Shown here piece after piece: positions 39,105 through 48,159 of a stretch of DNA of 64,000 nt. This DNA comes from Candidatus Binatia bacterium. GTDB taxonomy: Bacteria; Desulfobacterota; Binatia; Bin18. The first letter of the stretch is position 1, and each line of letters begins with the position of its first letter. The stretch is from positions 1,088,001 through 1,152,000 of the forward strand of contig OY761159.2 in the NCBI GenBank assembly GCA_963664395.2, read 5' to 3'. The notes under the pieces were generated by a model. That model made no database searches, was not told where the DNA came from, and worked only from the letters and a program-made list of their open reading frames with translations. The position numbers were made by a program, and so were the translations under genes.

Positions 39105-39755
39105 CTAAATTTCATACACATCGACCTCTTCACGTCCAGCCATCCATTCCGTCTCGCGGTGCTGGACCTGGACGTGAAGGCGCGAGGCCGCAAGCTGTTC
39201 CAAAAATTTTTCGACACCCTCCCGTCGCGGGTCGCCAAAAAAAGCCCTGCCGCCCGTTTTAAGCGTGGCCGCCAAGAGCTTATACATCCAGCCGCCATCG
39301 ACCGCCTCGTACAGCACGTCAGCACCGACAAGGACATCGTACTGGCCAAGCTGCCGCACGCTGTTCTCATCCAGCCAGCAGCGGCACAGTTCCTGAACAC
39401 GGGGGACAGTATTGAGTTCACAATTGCGCTGGACCAGCCGCAGAGCCTCAGGAATATGGTCAAGCGCGGTGACCTGCGCGCCCAGCGAAGACAGCACCAC
39501 ACTCTCCAGCCCGACCCCACAGCCAATCACCAAGGCATGCTTCTCGCGCCACCACTCGGCCGGATAGGTCGAGGCAAGATACTGCGACAGGGCGAGGCTC
39601 GCCGGCCAGGCCAGATGCCAGTAGTCGTTCGCGCCACAGTACGGACAGCGGGAAAATTCGGGCTGGACGTTGCGGAGTTCAATCAGACGCACGACGAGCT
39701 GCGGCGTGACCCGATACGGGAGAATGCTTTCTTCGAAGAGTGGACGTTCGCTCAT
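39105..39755 (-). CDS. Methyltransf_16-like (protein-lysine-type) SAM methyltransferase with CPYC
   Basis: YW...WPAS..L, IGCGVGL, GADVLYE, DP.R. Confidence 0.8.
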   Translation of the reverse strand: MSERPLFEESILPYRVTPQLVVRLIELRNVQPEFSRCPYCGANDYWHLAWPASLALSQYLASTYPAEWWREKHALVIGCGVGLESVVLSSLGAQVTALDHIPEALRLVQRNCELNTVPRVQELCRCWLDENSVRQLGQYDVLVGADVLYEAVDGGWMYKLLAATLKTGGRAFFGDPRREGVEKFLEQLAASRLHVQVQHRETEWMAGREEVDVYEI

Positions 39756-39969
39756 ACCCCAGCGATCCTTTCACGCAGGACACGAAGACACAGTTCTGTC
39801 TTTCCCCCCTACGGCTCTCAGCTCCTCTCTATTATCAAGAAAAAGGCATGTAGTGAGAGATACGTTTTCACTTGACAGCTCGTATGACAGTGCATTAGGA
39901 CGGAGGCACGAGGAAATCTCTGGGAGTACACACCATTAAGTAAGAACGTTTGCCGTAAGGAGGGACACT

Positions 39970-40566
39970 ATGGCACGGCTCAGTCTCGTTGACCGCAAGC
40001 AGATGAGTCCACAGTATGCGCAACTGGTGGAACGGGTAAAGGACGCGGACGGCTATGTCAATTTTTTGAGCATGATGGCCCACCGCCAGGAGGTCGTTGA
40101 GCCCATGTGGCGAGCCTATGTTGACATGTTCGAGGGCGGCATCGTCGAGCCACCACTCAAGGAGCTGGTGCGTATCAAAATTGCCTATCTGAACGGGTGT
40201 TTATTTTGACAGGGCTTTCGCTATGCATCGGTGATGCAAAAAGGACTGACCGAAGAAAAAATCGCCCAACTCGAGGATTATGAAAACAGCCCCGCCTTTA
40301 CTCCCCGCGAGAAGAGCGCCCTCCGCTATGCCGAAAAGCTGGCCGTTGATGTCGACGCTATGGATAATGACGAGTTCTTTAGCGGGCTACAGCAACATTT
40401 TACCGACGCCGAGATCGTGGAGCTCGGCATTGTGATTGGATATGACATCGCCTTTGGTCGGCTGCTGCGCGTGTTTGACGCCGACCCGAAGGTGTGTGAA
40501 GTCCCGGAGCATCGGGAGGTTGGTATAGACGTTAGCCAATCCCCCGCTCTGTCCGCAGCAAAGTAG
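39970..40566 (+). CDS. AhpD/CMD-family protein with in-frame UGA (CxxU), probable selenoprotein, 198 aa
   Basis: ORFs 39970-40209 and 40231-40566 share one frame. Readthrough gives ELVRIKIAYLNGCLF-U-QGFRY...GLTEEKI...FTPREKSALRYAE...HFTDAEIVEL. Confidence 0.85.
40210..40248 (+). promoter_or_regulatory. Candidate bacterial SECIS element
   Basis: Upper stem TGCATC/GATGCA (40224-29/40233-38) with a GGT loop starting 21 nt after the UGA. Lower stem CAG..CTTT/AAAG..CTG. Confidence 0.65.
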
Positions 40567-40576
40567 TGAGTGCTAC

Positions 40577-40610
40577 GGGTGGGCCAGCAGACGGCCCACC
40601 CTCTTCTCTT
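40577..40610 (+). terminator. Rho-independent terminator
   Basis: gggtgggcc-7 nt loop-ggcccaccc followed by tcttctctt. Confidence 0.7.
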
Positions 40611-40655
40611 GGCTAGCTTACCGGAACGTCTCGGCGCTGTCGTCAGACAGCGCCC

Positions 40656-41885
40656 TCAGATCCGTTCGATAATCGTGGCAATGCCCATGCCGCCGCCGAT
40701 ACACATGGTGACCAGCCCGGTGGTTTTATCCTGACGTTCGAGTTCGTCGAGGACGGTTCCTATGAGCATGCTGCCGGTTGCGCCGAGCGGATGACCGAGA
40801 GCGATCGCCCCACCGTTGACGTTAACCGTGTCCGGGTCCATGTCACAGCCGCGCATGGTTTTCAGGGGGACAACCGCAAACGCCTCGTTGATCTCAATCA
40901 GGTCAATATCAGTGATTGTCATACCGGCTTTCTTGAGCACCTTTTTGGTAGCCGGAACCGGTGCGGTCAACATAATAATAGGCTCATCCCCCGCGGTTGC
41001 GGTGGCGACAATCCGAGCGCGCGGTTTCATACCGTGGCTGCGGGCATACTCCGGAGAGGTAAGCAGCAGGGCTCCCGCACCGTCAACGATGCCTGAAGAA
41101 TTGCCGGCGTGATGGACATGGTTGATCTCTTGCACATCCGTGTAGCGTGACAGCGCCTTTTCGTCGAAACTCAGCGTGTCGCCCTTTTGGACATACTTTC
41201 CCAGTTCCGCAAAGGAAGGGGGCAGTTGGCCAAGCCCTTCAAGCGTCGTGCCTGGTCGCGGGTATTCATCGTGTTCGAGGATCACGTTGCCTTCAGCATC
41301 GCGCACGGGGATCAGGCTCTTTTTCAGACGGCCCTCTTTGTGAGCACGGGCATAGCGCTGCTGGCTCGACAGCGCGAATGTGTCACAATCTTCGCGGCCA
41401 AACCCCTCTCGGGTGGCAATCAAATCACCTGAGATGCCTTGCTGTACAAGCGGATGGAGTTGGCGCAGATGGCGATTATGGCCGTCGATCCCACCCCGGT
41501 CCGCATTCATCGGCACGCGGGACATGGACTCCACACCACCGGCAACCACCACGTCCTGCTCGCCGGACTTGATGCCCATAGCCGCAAAATTCACCGCCTG
41601 CTGTCCTGAGCCGCAGAAACGGTTAATCGTGACACCCGTCGAATCGTTCGGCCACTCGGCTGCCAGCACAGACATCCGGGCGATGCACATCGCCTGTTCA
41701 CCATACGCAGTCACACAGCCCACCACCACGTCTTCAACGTCAAGCGGGTCCAAGTGGTTCCGTTCTTTTGTGGCATTCAGGACTTGCGCCATAAGCTCCT
41801 GGGGATGGAGTCCTGCCAGCGCCCCGTCTTTCTTGCCCCGCCCACGCGGGGTGCGAACTGCATCAATAATCCAGGCTTCGCCCAT
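40656..41885 (-). CDS. Acetyl-CoA C-acyltransferase (thiolase)
   Basis: [49 protein letters not shown]. Confidence 0.96.
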   Translation of the reverse strand: MGEAWIIDAVRTPRGRGKKDGALAGLHPQELMAQVLNATKERNHLDPLDVEDVVVGCVTAYGEQAMCIARMSVLAAEWPNDSTGVTINRFCGSGQQAVNFAAMGIKSGEQDVVVAGGVESMSRVPMNADRGGIDGHNRHLRQLHPLVQQGISGDLIATREGFGREDCDTFALSSQQRYARAHKEGRLKKSLIPVRDAEGNVILEHDEYPRPGTTLEGLGQLPPSFAELGKYVQKGDTLSFDEKALSRYTDVQEINHVHHAGNSSGIVDGAGALLLTSPEYARSHGMKPRARIVATATAGDEPIIMLTAPVPATKKVLKKAGMTITDIDLIEINEAFAVVPLKTMRGCDMDPDTVNVNGGAIALGHPLGATGSMLIGTVLDELERQDKTTGLVTMCIGGGMGIATIIERI

Positions 41886-41980
41886 GACTTCCTCCATCGT
41901 TTCCTATCAGACAACTCAGTTGGGAATTCTATAGCGGTGGCCGCGGGCGAGAGGGGATTGTCCGTGTTTCAGCGACATCC

Positions 41981-42021
41981 GCCAAGTCGGGGGGACAGAC
42001 AATTGCGCGTCCCGACTTGGC
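41981..42021. repeat. Perfect 11-bp inverted repeat
   Basis: gccaagtcggg ... cccgacttggc, downstream of the GPP34 gene. Confidence 0.5.
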
Positions 42022-42046
42022 TCCTGACACCGCTGGCGTAGTCGGT

Positions 42047-42700
42047 TCAGCGCTGCGCCAGCGCCATCGCCGTCATGACTGCCTGTTCAATTTCAGCGAT
42101 CACGCTGCCGACTTCGCGGCCGATCAGATCCATCTTGCGGAGCTGCTCGATACGGGGACCGGACCGCTCAAGCTCGCGGGCGGCGAATATGTCGCCCAGG
42201 AAGCCACAGGCATCGACCAGACAGATCAGGGCGACATCCCTGGGATCGGGGATATCGTCGGACAGCAACACGTCCTCAATCCGCAATTTGACCTCGCGTT
42301 CGACGCGCCCGTCGATCGTCGGATAGCGCCGTGAACGGAAGACCCACAGGAATTTCTTGTCCTGGGACTCCAGAATGCCGCGCTCGATCAAACTGGCCAG
42401 CGCCTGCTGCCGGATTCCGGTCGTCTCCTGGCCGGCCAGTGTCTCTATCCAGCCCTTGGTATTCTTTGTCTCGCCGGAATTCGCAATATACGCCAGGGCC
42501 TGATCGAACATCGGGTTGCCGGTCGGCGTCGAGTCGAGACTCACGAGTTGCTCGGGGTCGGTGTCGATTCGGTTGGCGAAGGCCAAGTCCATCAGTACCG
42601 CGCCGGCAAGGATGTATTCCACGGCTCCCCCACGGATTGGCAGGAACGCCCCGTCATCATCCAGCATCAACAGCAGTATCTCTTCAGCGAATGTCAGCAT
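42047..42700 (-). CDS. GPP34/GOLPH3-family protein
   Basis: LTFAEEILLLMLDD, LAGAVLMDL, L.ERGIL....KFLWVF..RYP. Confidence 0.88.
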   Translation of the reverse strand: MLTFAEEILLLMLDDDGAFLPIRGGAVEYILAGAVLMDLAFANRIDTDPEQLVSLDSTPTGNPMFDQALAYIANSGETKNTKGWIETLAGQETTGIRQQALASLIERGILESQDKKFLWVFRSRRYPTIDGRVEREVKLRIEDVLLSDDIPDPRDVALICLVDACGFLGDIFAARELERSGPRIEQLRKMDLIGREVGSVIAEIEQAVMTAMALAQR

Positions 42701-42710
42701 AGCGCCGTCC

Positions 42711-43046
42711 TCAGGACCCCGCGGCCAGGGCGGCAGCGCGGGTGTCGTAGTAGTCGAGCATCGTCAGGAACCCGCTGACCTCCATGACCGCTTTGCACGT
42801 AGCCCTGAGCGCGCAGACCGTCAATTTGCCGCCGCCCTGTTGGCATTTTTTGGCACCAACGAGCACGACGCGCAGGCCGGCGCTGCTGATGTAATCCATC
42901 TTGCTGCAATCAAGCAGCACGCGGGTATCGCCGCGTTCGACGATGGCCGAAATGCACTTCTCCAGATCCGGCGCGGTAGAACCGTCAACGCGCCCGTCCG
43001 GCGCGACGACCACCACGGAGTCTATCGTTTGCTCTTCAATTTTCAT
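42711..43046 (-). CDS. STAS-domain anti-sigma-factor antagonist
   Basis: GRVDGSTAP, LDCSKMDYISSAGLRV, V.E.SGF. Confidence 0.9.
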   Translation of the reverse strand: MKIEEQTIDSVVVVAPDGRVDGSTAPDLEKCISAIVERGDTRVLLDCSKMDYISSAGLRVVLVGAKKCQQGGGKLTVCALRATCKAVMEVSGFLTMLDYYDTRAAALAAGS

Positions 43047-43257
43047 TGGGCAGCCTTTCTCTTCAATCTCGACCGAATAGCCGCGTTCAGCCGTCTGGCT
43101 GAGGCAGGGATAGCACAGCGGCCGGTAGGCGGCAACCCTTTCTTGACCGCCAGCGAAGCCCGCTCGTGGCAAGCCTCACTCTTGGCGAGGGCGATAATTG
43201 CTGGCAGAATGTCCTAAATTCAAGAGGCTGGACACCAAATCAAAAAGGGAGATGCGT

Positions 43258-44478
43258 ATGGACAACGGAATTTTATCAGGACTGCGAGTGATCGACTGCG
43301 GGACCTATGTTGCCGGACCGGCCTCGACGACCATTATGTCGGATTTCGGGGCCGAGGTATTGAAGATTGAGCGACCCCAGGGCGGCGACCTCTACCGCTC
43401 CATGTCGGATTTACCCGGCTTTGCCAAGGCAGACCTCAACTGGGGCTGGATTCTGACCAGTCGGAATAAGAAGAGCGTCGCCCTCGACCTGGCTTCACCC
43501 CAGGGCAGAGAGGTGCTCATTCGGCTGGTCAAGACTGCGGACGTGTTTGTCTCCAACTACCAGCATCCGCTGCTCGAAAAGTTCCGGCTGACCTGGGCTG
43601 ACCTTCAGCCGGAAAACGAGCGACTCATCTATGCCCATCTGAGCGGCTACGGAGATGCGGGCGAGGATGCCGACGCACCAACCTTTGACGCGCTGGCCTA
43701 TTGGGCGCGCTCGGGCCTGATGATGAGCGTCGTGGGCATGGACGGCACGCCCAGCGGCCCACGCCCCGGCATGGGCGACCACCCGACCTCGGTCTCTCTA
43801 TTTGGCGCGATTATGCTCGGCCTGTATCAGCGCGAACGCACCGGACGGGGCTTAAAGGTCGGGACCTCGTTACTGGCCAGCGGAGCCTGGGCCAACGCCT
43901 GCGACCTCCAGGCCAAATTCTGCAACGCCACGTTTCCGGAACGCGGCGACGACGGCACGCCGCCCAACCCGCTGGCAGCCGGCTATCGGAGTCGTGACGG
44001 CAAAGCCTTCTTGGCTATCCTGCTCGACCCCGACAAGGAATTTCCCAATCTGTGCAAGGCTCTCGGCCAAGCCGACCTGGCCACCAACCCGCTGTTTGCC
44101 ACCAACGAGGCCAGAGCGGAGAATGCCACAGCCCTCTTTGCCATTTTACAGGGCCAGTTTGAATCGCGGGACCTCGATGAATGGCGGGGGCTGTTCAAGC
44201 AGTCTGATATCAAATGGGCGCCCCTGCCGGTGCGAGACGAGGTGGTCGAAGACCCGCAGATGCGGGCCGCCGGCGCCTTTGTGGATATGGAGTACCCTGG
44301 GCACGGCACGCTGACGACCATCAACAGCCCCATTTTTACGACCGCCGGTGACAAGCGAACGCCCACCCCGGCGCCGCAGTTGGGCGATCATACCGGCGAG
44401 ATCCTGCGCGACCTGGGGTATGACGAAGCAGCCATAGCCGCGCTGGTGCGTGACGGCGTGGCCGCGGTGGGTGAGTAA
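43258..44478 (+). CDS. Class III CoA-transferase
   Basis: LSGLRVID, SDFGAEVLKIE, RNKKSV, GMGDH, APQLGDHT. Confidence 0.92.
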   Translation: MDNGILSGLRVIDCGTYVAGPASTTIMSDFGAEVLKIERPQGGDLYRSMSDLPGFAKADLNWGWILTSRNKKSVALDLASPQGREVLIRLVKTADVFVSNYQHPLLEKFRLTWADLQPENERLIYAHLSGYGDAGEDADAPTFDALAYWARSGLMMSVVGMDGTPSGPRPGMGDHPTSVSLFGAIMLGLYQRERTGRGLKVGTSLLASGAWANACDLQAKFCNATFPERGDDGTPPNPLAAGYRSRDGKAFLAILLDPDKEFPNLCKALGQADLATNPLFATNEARAENATALFAILQGQFESRDLDEWRGLFKQSDIKWAPLPVRDEVVEDPQMRAAGAFVDMEYPGHGTLTTINSPIFTTAGDKRTPTPAPQLGDHTGEILRDLGYDEAAIAALVRDGVAAVGE

Positions 44479-44492
44479 CTTCAGCCAGTAGT

Positions 44493-44528
44493 GTCGGATG
44501 ACGCCTGTGGCTCATCCGGCCTACGGAC
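44493..44528 (-). repeat. GTAG-family REP-like palindrome, copy 1
   Basis: gtcggatgacgcctgtggctcatccggcctacggac. Confidence 0.75.
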
Positions 44529-44578
44529 TGGGGAGTTGGGTGATGCTGCACGTATCATTCTGAGAAAGGGGGAATACG

Positions 44579-45220
44579 ATGAGCGATCCATCCAATATTG
44601 ATCCATCACTTCGAGATTTCATCAAGGACGAAGCAGACAGAGCTCGGGGCGAAGCGATAGCTGATACTGATCGCTTGCGTCGCGACTTCAAAGTGGCAGG
44701 TATCGTCATCACCCCTCTCCTGGCTCTGGCAGCTTTCTTTGGCATCCCGACGCTGATCAATAACGCGGTCGAAAAAGCCATGAAAGAATATGCTATCAAG
44801 GAAGTCAGTGAGAGGGCGGAGGAAATTAGCAAGAATTTGGAAGAGACGAACGATAAAGCAGGAATGCTCCTCAATAATATTACAGAAGCCGCTAACAAGG
44901 TGGCGGAAGAAAAAAGACTCTTCCTGGAAGAGTTGGTTGGTCTGGGCATCGAAACTCGTCGCTACCGGCTAAACTTACCCCAAAGACAAGGAACTTACTC
45001 TTACGAGACCGGTCTGAAGAAGACCAAATTCGAGGCAGCCATAGTGAGTAGTTGGAGACTTTCGGGAGCGCGCTGCTCATACTCTGACTTGGAGGAGACT
45101 TGGCGAATCAAGGTTACCAAACCGCTAGGCTGTCCAAGACTGGATGTACGGATCGTGTATTTGCCTACTGCAATCGTAAAGAAGGCTTATGATAGCGTAA
45201 CACTGAATCCCATCAGGTAG
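44579..45220 (+). CDS. Hypothetical protein with one TM helix and a coiled coil
   Basis: 213 aa; hydrophobic VAGIVITPLLALAAFFGIP followed by an E/K-rich helix; RBS. Confidence 0.7.
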   Translation: MSDPSNIDPSLRDFIKDEADRARGEAIADTDRLRRDFKVAGIVITPLLALAAFFGIPTLINNAVEKAMKEYAIKEVSERAEEISKNLEETNDKAGMLLNNITEAANKVAEEKRLFLEELVGLGIETRRYRLNLPQRQGTYSYETGLKKTKFEAAIVSSWRLSGARCSYSDLEETWRIKVTKPLGCPRLDVRIVYLPTAIVKKAYDSVTLNPIR

Positions 45221-45389
45221 GGGCGATGCGTCGTGATGAAGCACATCCTCGATACGGGAGAAACGCTTATAGATTACTTGATCGTCCTTCAAAATCCTGT
45301 TGAACTCAATGAATGCCTGACATCATGAAGACCCCACAATATACCCTAGGCCGCCATGAACGTGGAGGAATTTCCGTCTTCCATATTTC

Positions 45390-46739
45390 TTGAGCCCCAT
45401 ACCGATGCCAATAGCGACTGAGACGCTTCCCCATACGAGCGGCGCCCGGAATAACCAGAACAAGCTCCGGCCCGAAGACCAGCCGGTTCACGACTGGTAT
45501 CGGTTTGTACTGTCATTCCCACCCCACTTGGTCCGTGACTATCTTGGACGGTTTGGCGTTCGCCCCTCCGAGACGGTTCTCGATCCATTCTGCGGAACCG
45601 GCACCACATTGGTTGAGTGTAAGAAACTCGGCATTCGGAGTGTCGGAATCGAGTCGAACCCCATGGCGCACCTCGCAAGCTCGGTAAAAGTCGATTGGTC
45701 AGTCGATCGTACCGGACTTCTGGACTATGCCGAGCAGGTTGTCACGTCAGCGAGAAAAACTCTGGAACAACAGGGCATAAGTGAATGGACCGGCCTCCCG
45801 CTGTTTACCGCTACTAGACCGGAACACTCACCGCTGGCCGAACTGCGTCCTGAGCAGTTAAAATTGCTATTAAAGGACTCAATCAGCCCTCTCCCCCTGC
45901 ACAAGACCTTAATGTTGCTGGACGCAATCGACCGACAGGGCGACCGGCAGATGCAGCAATACGGACGGCTCGCACTGGCCAGTGCGCTGGTACAGCGTAT
46001 CGGCAACCTGAAGTTTGGCCCGGAAGTAGGGGTTGGGAGGATGAAGGATGACGCTCCGGTCTTCGATGCCTGGCTTGACCGTGTCCGGTCCATGGCAAGC
46101 AACATTGGTCTCGTCGGAGACCGAGCTGACGTGACCGCCCGAGTCATTAAGGCCGACTCCCGACAGATCGGCCAGATTCTGGAGCCGCAATCGGTCGATG
46201 TGGTCATCACGTCCCCGCCATACCCAAACGAGAAAGACTATACGCGCACGACGCGCTTGGAGTCCGTCATCCTTGGATTGATACGCAACAAACAGGACTT
46301 GCGGGCGCTGAAACAGGGCTTGGTCAGATCCAATACGAGGGGTGTGTACAAATCGGATACGGACGATCTTGAGGTTGCGGACAATGTCGAAATACGAAAC
46401 ATCGCCGAGGCCATTGAGCAACGTCGGGTTGCGTTGGGAAAAACCTCCGGCTTCGAGCGGCTCTATCCACGCGTCACCCGGCTGTACTTTGGCGGTATGG
46501 CACGACATCTGGCTTCCCTCCGGCCCGTCCTCAAACCGGGGGCGCGACTCGCTTATGTGGTGGGCGACCAGGCGTCCTATCTGCGGGTCATGATTCGGAC
46601 AGGGCGTCTGCTGGCCGAACTGGCGCAATCGTTGAACTACACTGTTGCTGGCATTGACCTGTTTCGGACCCGGCTGTCAACGGTGACCGGCGAGCAGCTT
46701 CGGGAAGAAGTCGTTCTGCTCGAATGGCCGGGTCACTGA
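45390..46739 (+). CDS. Amino-DNA methyltransferase (SPPY, probably N4-cytosine)
   Basis: VHDWYRF, VLDPFCGTGTT (motif I) precedes ITSPPY (motif IV); LKPG...YVVGDQ. Start uncertain (45390/45405). Confidence 0.9.
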   Translation: MSPIPMPIATETLPHTSGARNNQNKLRPEDQPVHDWYRFVLSFPPHLVRDYLGRFGVRPSETVLDPFCGTGTTLVECKKLGIRSVGIESNPMAHLASSVKVDWSVDRTGLLDYAEQVVTSARKTLEQQGISEWTGLPLFTATRPEHSPLAELRPEQLKLLLKDSISPLPLHKTLMLLDAIDRQGDRQMQQYGRLALASALVQRIGNLKFGPEVGVGRMKDDAPVFDAWLDRVRSMASNIGLVGDRADVTARVIKADSRQIGQILEPQSVDVVITSPPYPNEKDYTRTTRLESVILGLIRNKQDLRALKQGLVRSNTRGVYKSDTDDLEVADNVEIRNIAEAIEQRRVALGKTSGFERLYPRVTRLYFGGMARHLASLRPVLKPGARLAYVVGDQASYLRVMIRTGRLLAELAQSLNYTVAGIDLFRTRLSTVTGEQLREEVVLLEWPGH

Positions 46740-47554
46740 CCGAGAGGGGGTACGCTATTCCGTCCCGGAACCGCTATGTGGCGATCATTGAGGCGATTTT
46801 TCACGCCAAGTATCAACCTGGACAACGGGCGGTGGCTTTCGAGCGAGAAGATATCGTCACGTTCGCATCCAGACTGAATATCCAGCTTCCCAAAAATCTG
46901 GGCGACTTGGTCTACAGCTTCAGATATCGAACTGCGCTCCCGTCGAGCATTCTTGCCGAGGCTCCTGCAGGAGAAACCTGGATCATTCGTCCCGCAGGAC
47001 GGAGTCGATACCAATTTGTCTTGGTGGCCGACAGGCCGCTCATTCCTAACCCGAACCTTGCGGTGACGAAGGTCCCCGACGCGACTCCCGGAATCATCGC
47101 GAAATATGCGTTCAATGATGAGCAAGCTGTCCTGGCTCGTATTCGTTACAACCGATTGATCGACATCTTCTTGGGGATAGTCTGCTATTCGCTCCAAAAC
47201 CATCTGAGGACGACTGTGCCTCAAATGGGCCAAGTAGAGACGGATGAAATATACGTGGGTGTGGACAAGAGCGGCTCTCATTACGTCGTACCTGTCCAGG
47301 CCAAGGGGGAGAAGGATACGCTCAGCAGAGTTCAGATTGAGCAAGACATAGGGCTGTGCGCCGATAGACTCCCGTCTCTGATCTGCCGGCCCGTTGGAGC
47401 GCAGCCCATGCGGGACAACCTGATTGTGCTCTTTGAGTTTGAGCACGCGAGTGGCGATGTGAGAGTAGTTTCGGAAAAGCATTATCAACTGGTGCCACCG
47501 GACGGCGTAACCGCCGAAGACCTGACCGCCTATCGACAACGACTGTCGGATTGA
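46724..47554 (+). CDS. Putative restriction endonuclease (PD-(D/E)xK variant)
   Basis: Overlaps the MTase end. DEQ..L.R...QVETDEIY...VPVQAKG resembles a nuclease core. Confidence 0.7.
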   Translation: MAGSLTERGYAIPSRNRYVAIIEAIFHAKYQPGQRAVAFEREDIVTFASRLNIQLPKNLGDLVYSFRYRTALPSSILAEAPAGETWIIRPAGRSRYQFVLVADRPLIPNPNLAVTKVPDATPGIIAKYAFNDEQAVLARIRYNRLIDIFLGIVCYSLQNHLRTTVPQMGQVETDEIYVGVDKSGSHYVVPVQAKGEKDTLSRVQIEQDIGLCADRLPSLICRPVGAQPMRDNLIVLFEFEHASGDVRVVSEKHYQLVPPDGVTAEDLTAYRQRLSD

Positions 47555-47558
47555 TAGC

Positions 47559-47600
47559 CCGTAGGTCGTATTACGCCTGCGGCTCATCCGACCTACGGAC
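47559..47600 (-). repeat. GTAG-family REP-like palindrome, copy 2
   Basis: ccgtaggtcgtattacgcctgcggctcatccgacctacggac. Confidence 0.75.
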
Positions 47601-48028
47601 TACCAGCCGGCCACATCTTTTCTGGCGATGATCCGGGTCGGCGTGACCCGGACGATCAGTTCTCCCGGTACGCTGTTGCGCTTGCCGTAAGCCGCGGATT
47701 GGTCGGCGCCCATATAGCGTCCACCAATCCGCGTTGCCCAGTACAGGAGTTGCTCAGGGTCATCGCTCAGGCTGGCCGTGCCGTCGATCTGGACAAACGC
47801 AAACGGCGGAGTTTCATCGTCAACGCACAGGCTGACTCGCGGGTCACGCCGCAGGTTGGCCGCCTTGACGCTGGCCTGCCAGGTGGAAAAGACCAGCGTC
47901 TTGCCGTCCACATCGAACCAGACCGGGACAACGTGGGGATGGCCGTTTGCTTTGACCGTAGCGCACTGGGCGGTGCGAGCCTGTTCGGTCAGAAAGGTCC
48001 AGACTTCGTCAGTCGTCATCCTTTTCAT
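47600..48028 (-). CDS. PPOX-class F420-dependent oxidoreductase
   Basis: ATV.ANG.PHVVPVWF, KAANLRRDPRVSLCVDD..PPF. Start uncertain. Confidence 0.88.
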   Translation of the reverse strand: MKRMTTDEVWTFLTEQARTAQCATVKANGHPHVVPVWFDVDGKTLVFSTWQASVKAANLRRDPRVSLCVDDETPPFAFVQIDGTASLSDDPEQLLYWATRIGGRYMGADQSAAYGKRNSVPGELIVRVTPTRIIARKDVAGW

Positions 48029-48079
48029 GACCGGAATTATGACTGCTTTCTCATGCTGAAGCAAAGCAGCCGCAGAAAT

Positions 48080-48115
48080 GTCGGATTACGCCTACGGCTA
48101 ATCCGACCTACGGAC
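48080..48115 (-). repeat. GTAG-family REP-like palindrome, copy 3
   Basis: gtcggattacgcctacggctaatccgacctacggac (reverse complement GTAGGTCGGATTAGCCGTAGGCGTAATCCGAC). Confidence 0.8.
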
Positions 48116-48159
48116 TTACGCGGCCTGTCGTCCCGTATGGCGGGCTGAATCAACCAGAC

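Noticed and set aside
40207-40209. Genome-wide UGA reassignment (code 4 or 25)
   Set aside because: Many genes in the window end at TGA at their expected C-termini, and Trp is encoded by TGG.
44493-48115. REP copies as a CRISPR array or integron attC sites
   Set aside because: Spacing is 0.5-3 kb, there are no cas or intI genes, and I see no RYYYAAC/GTTRRRY ends.
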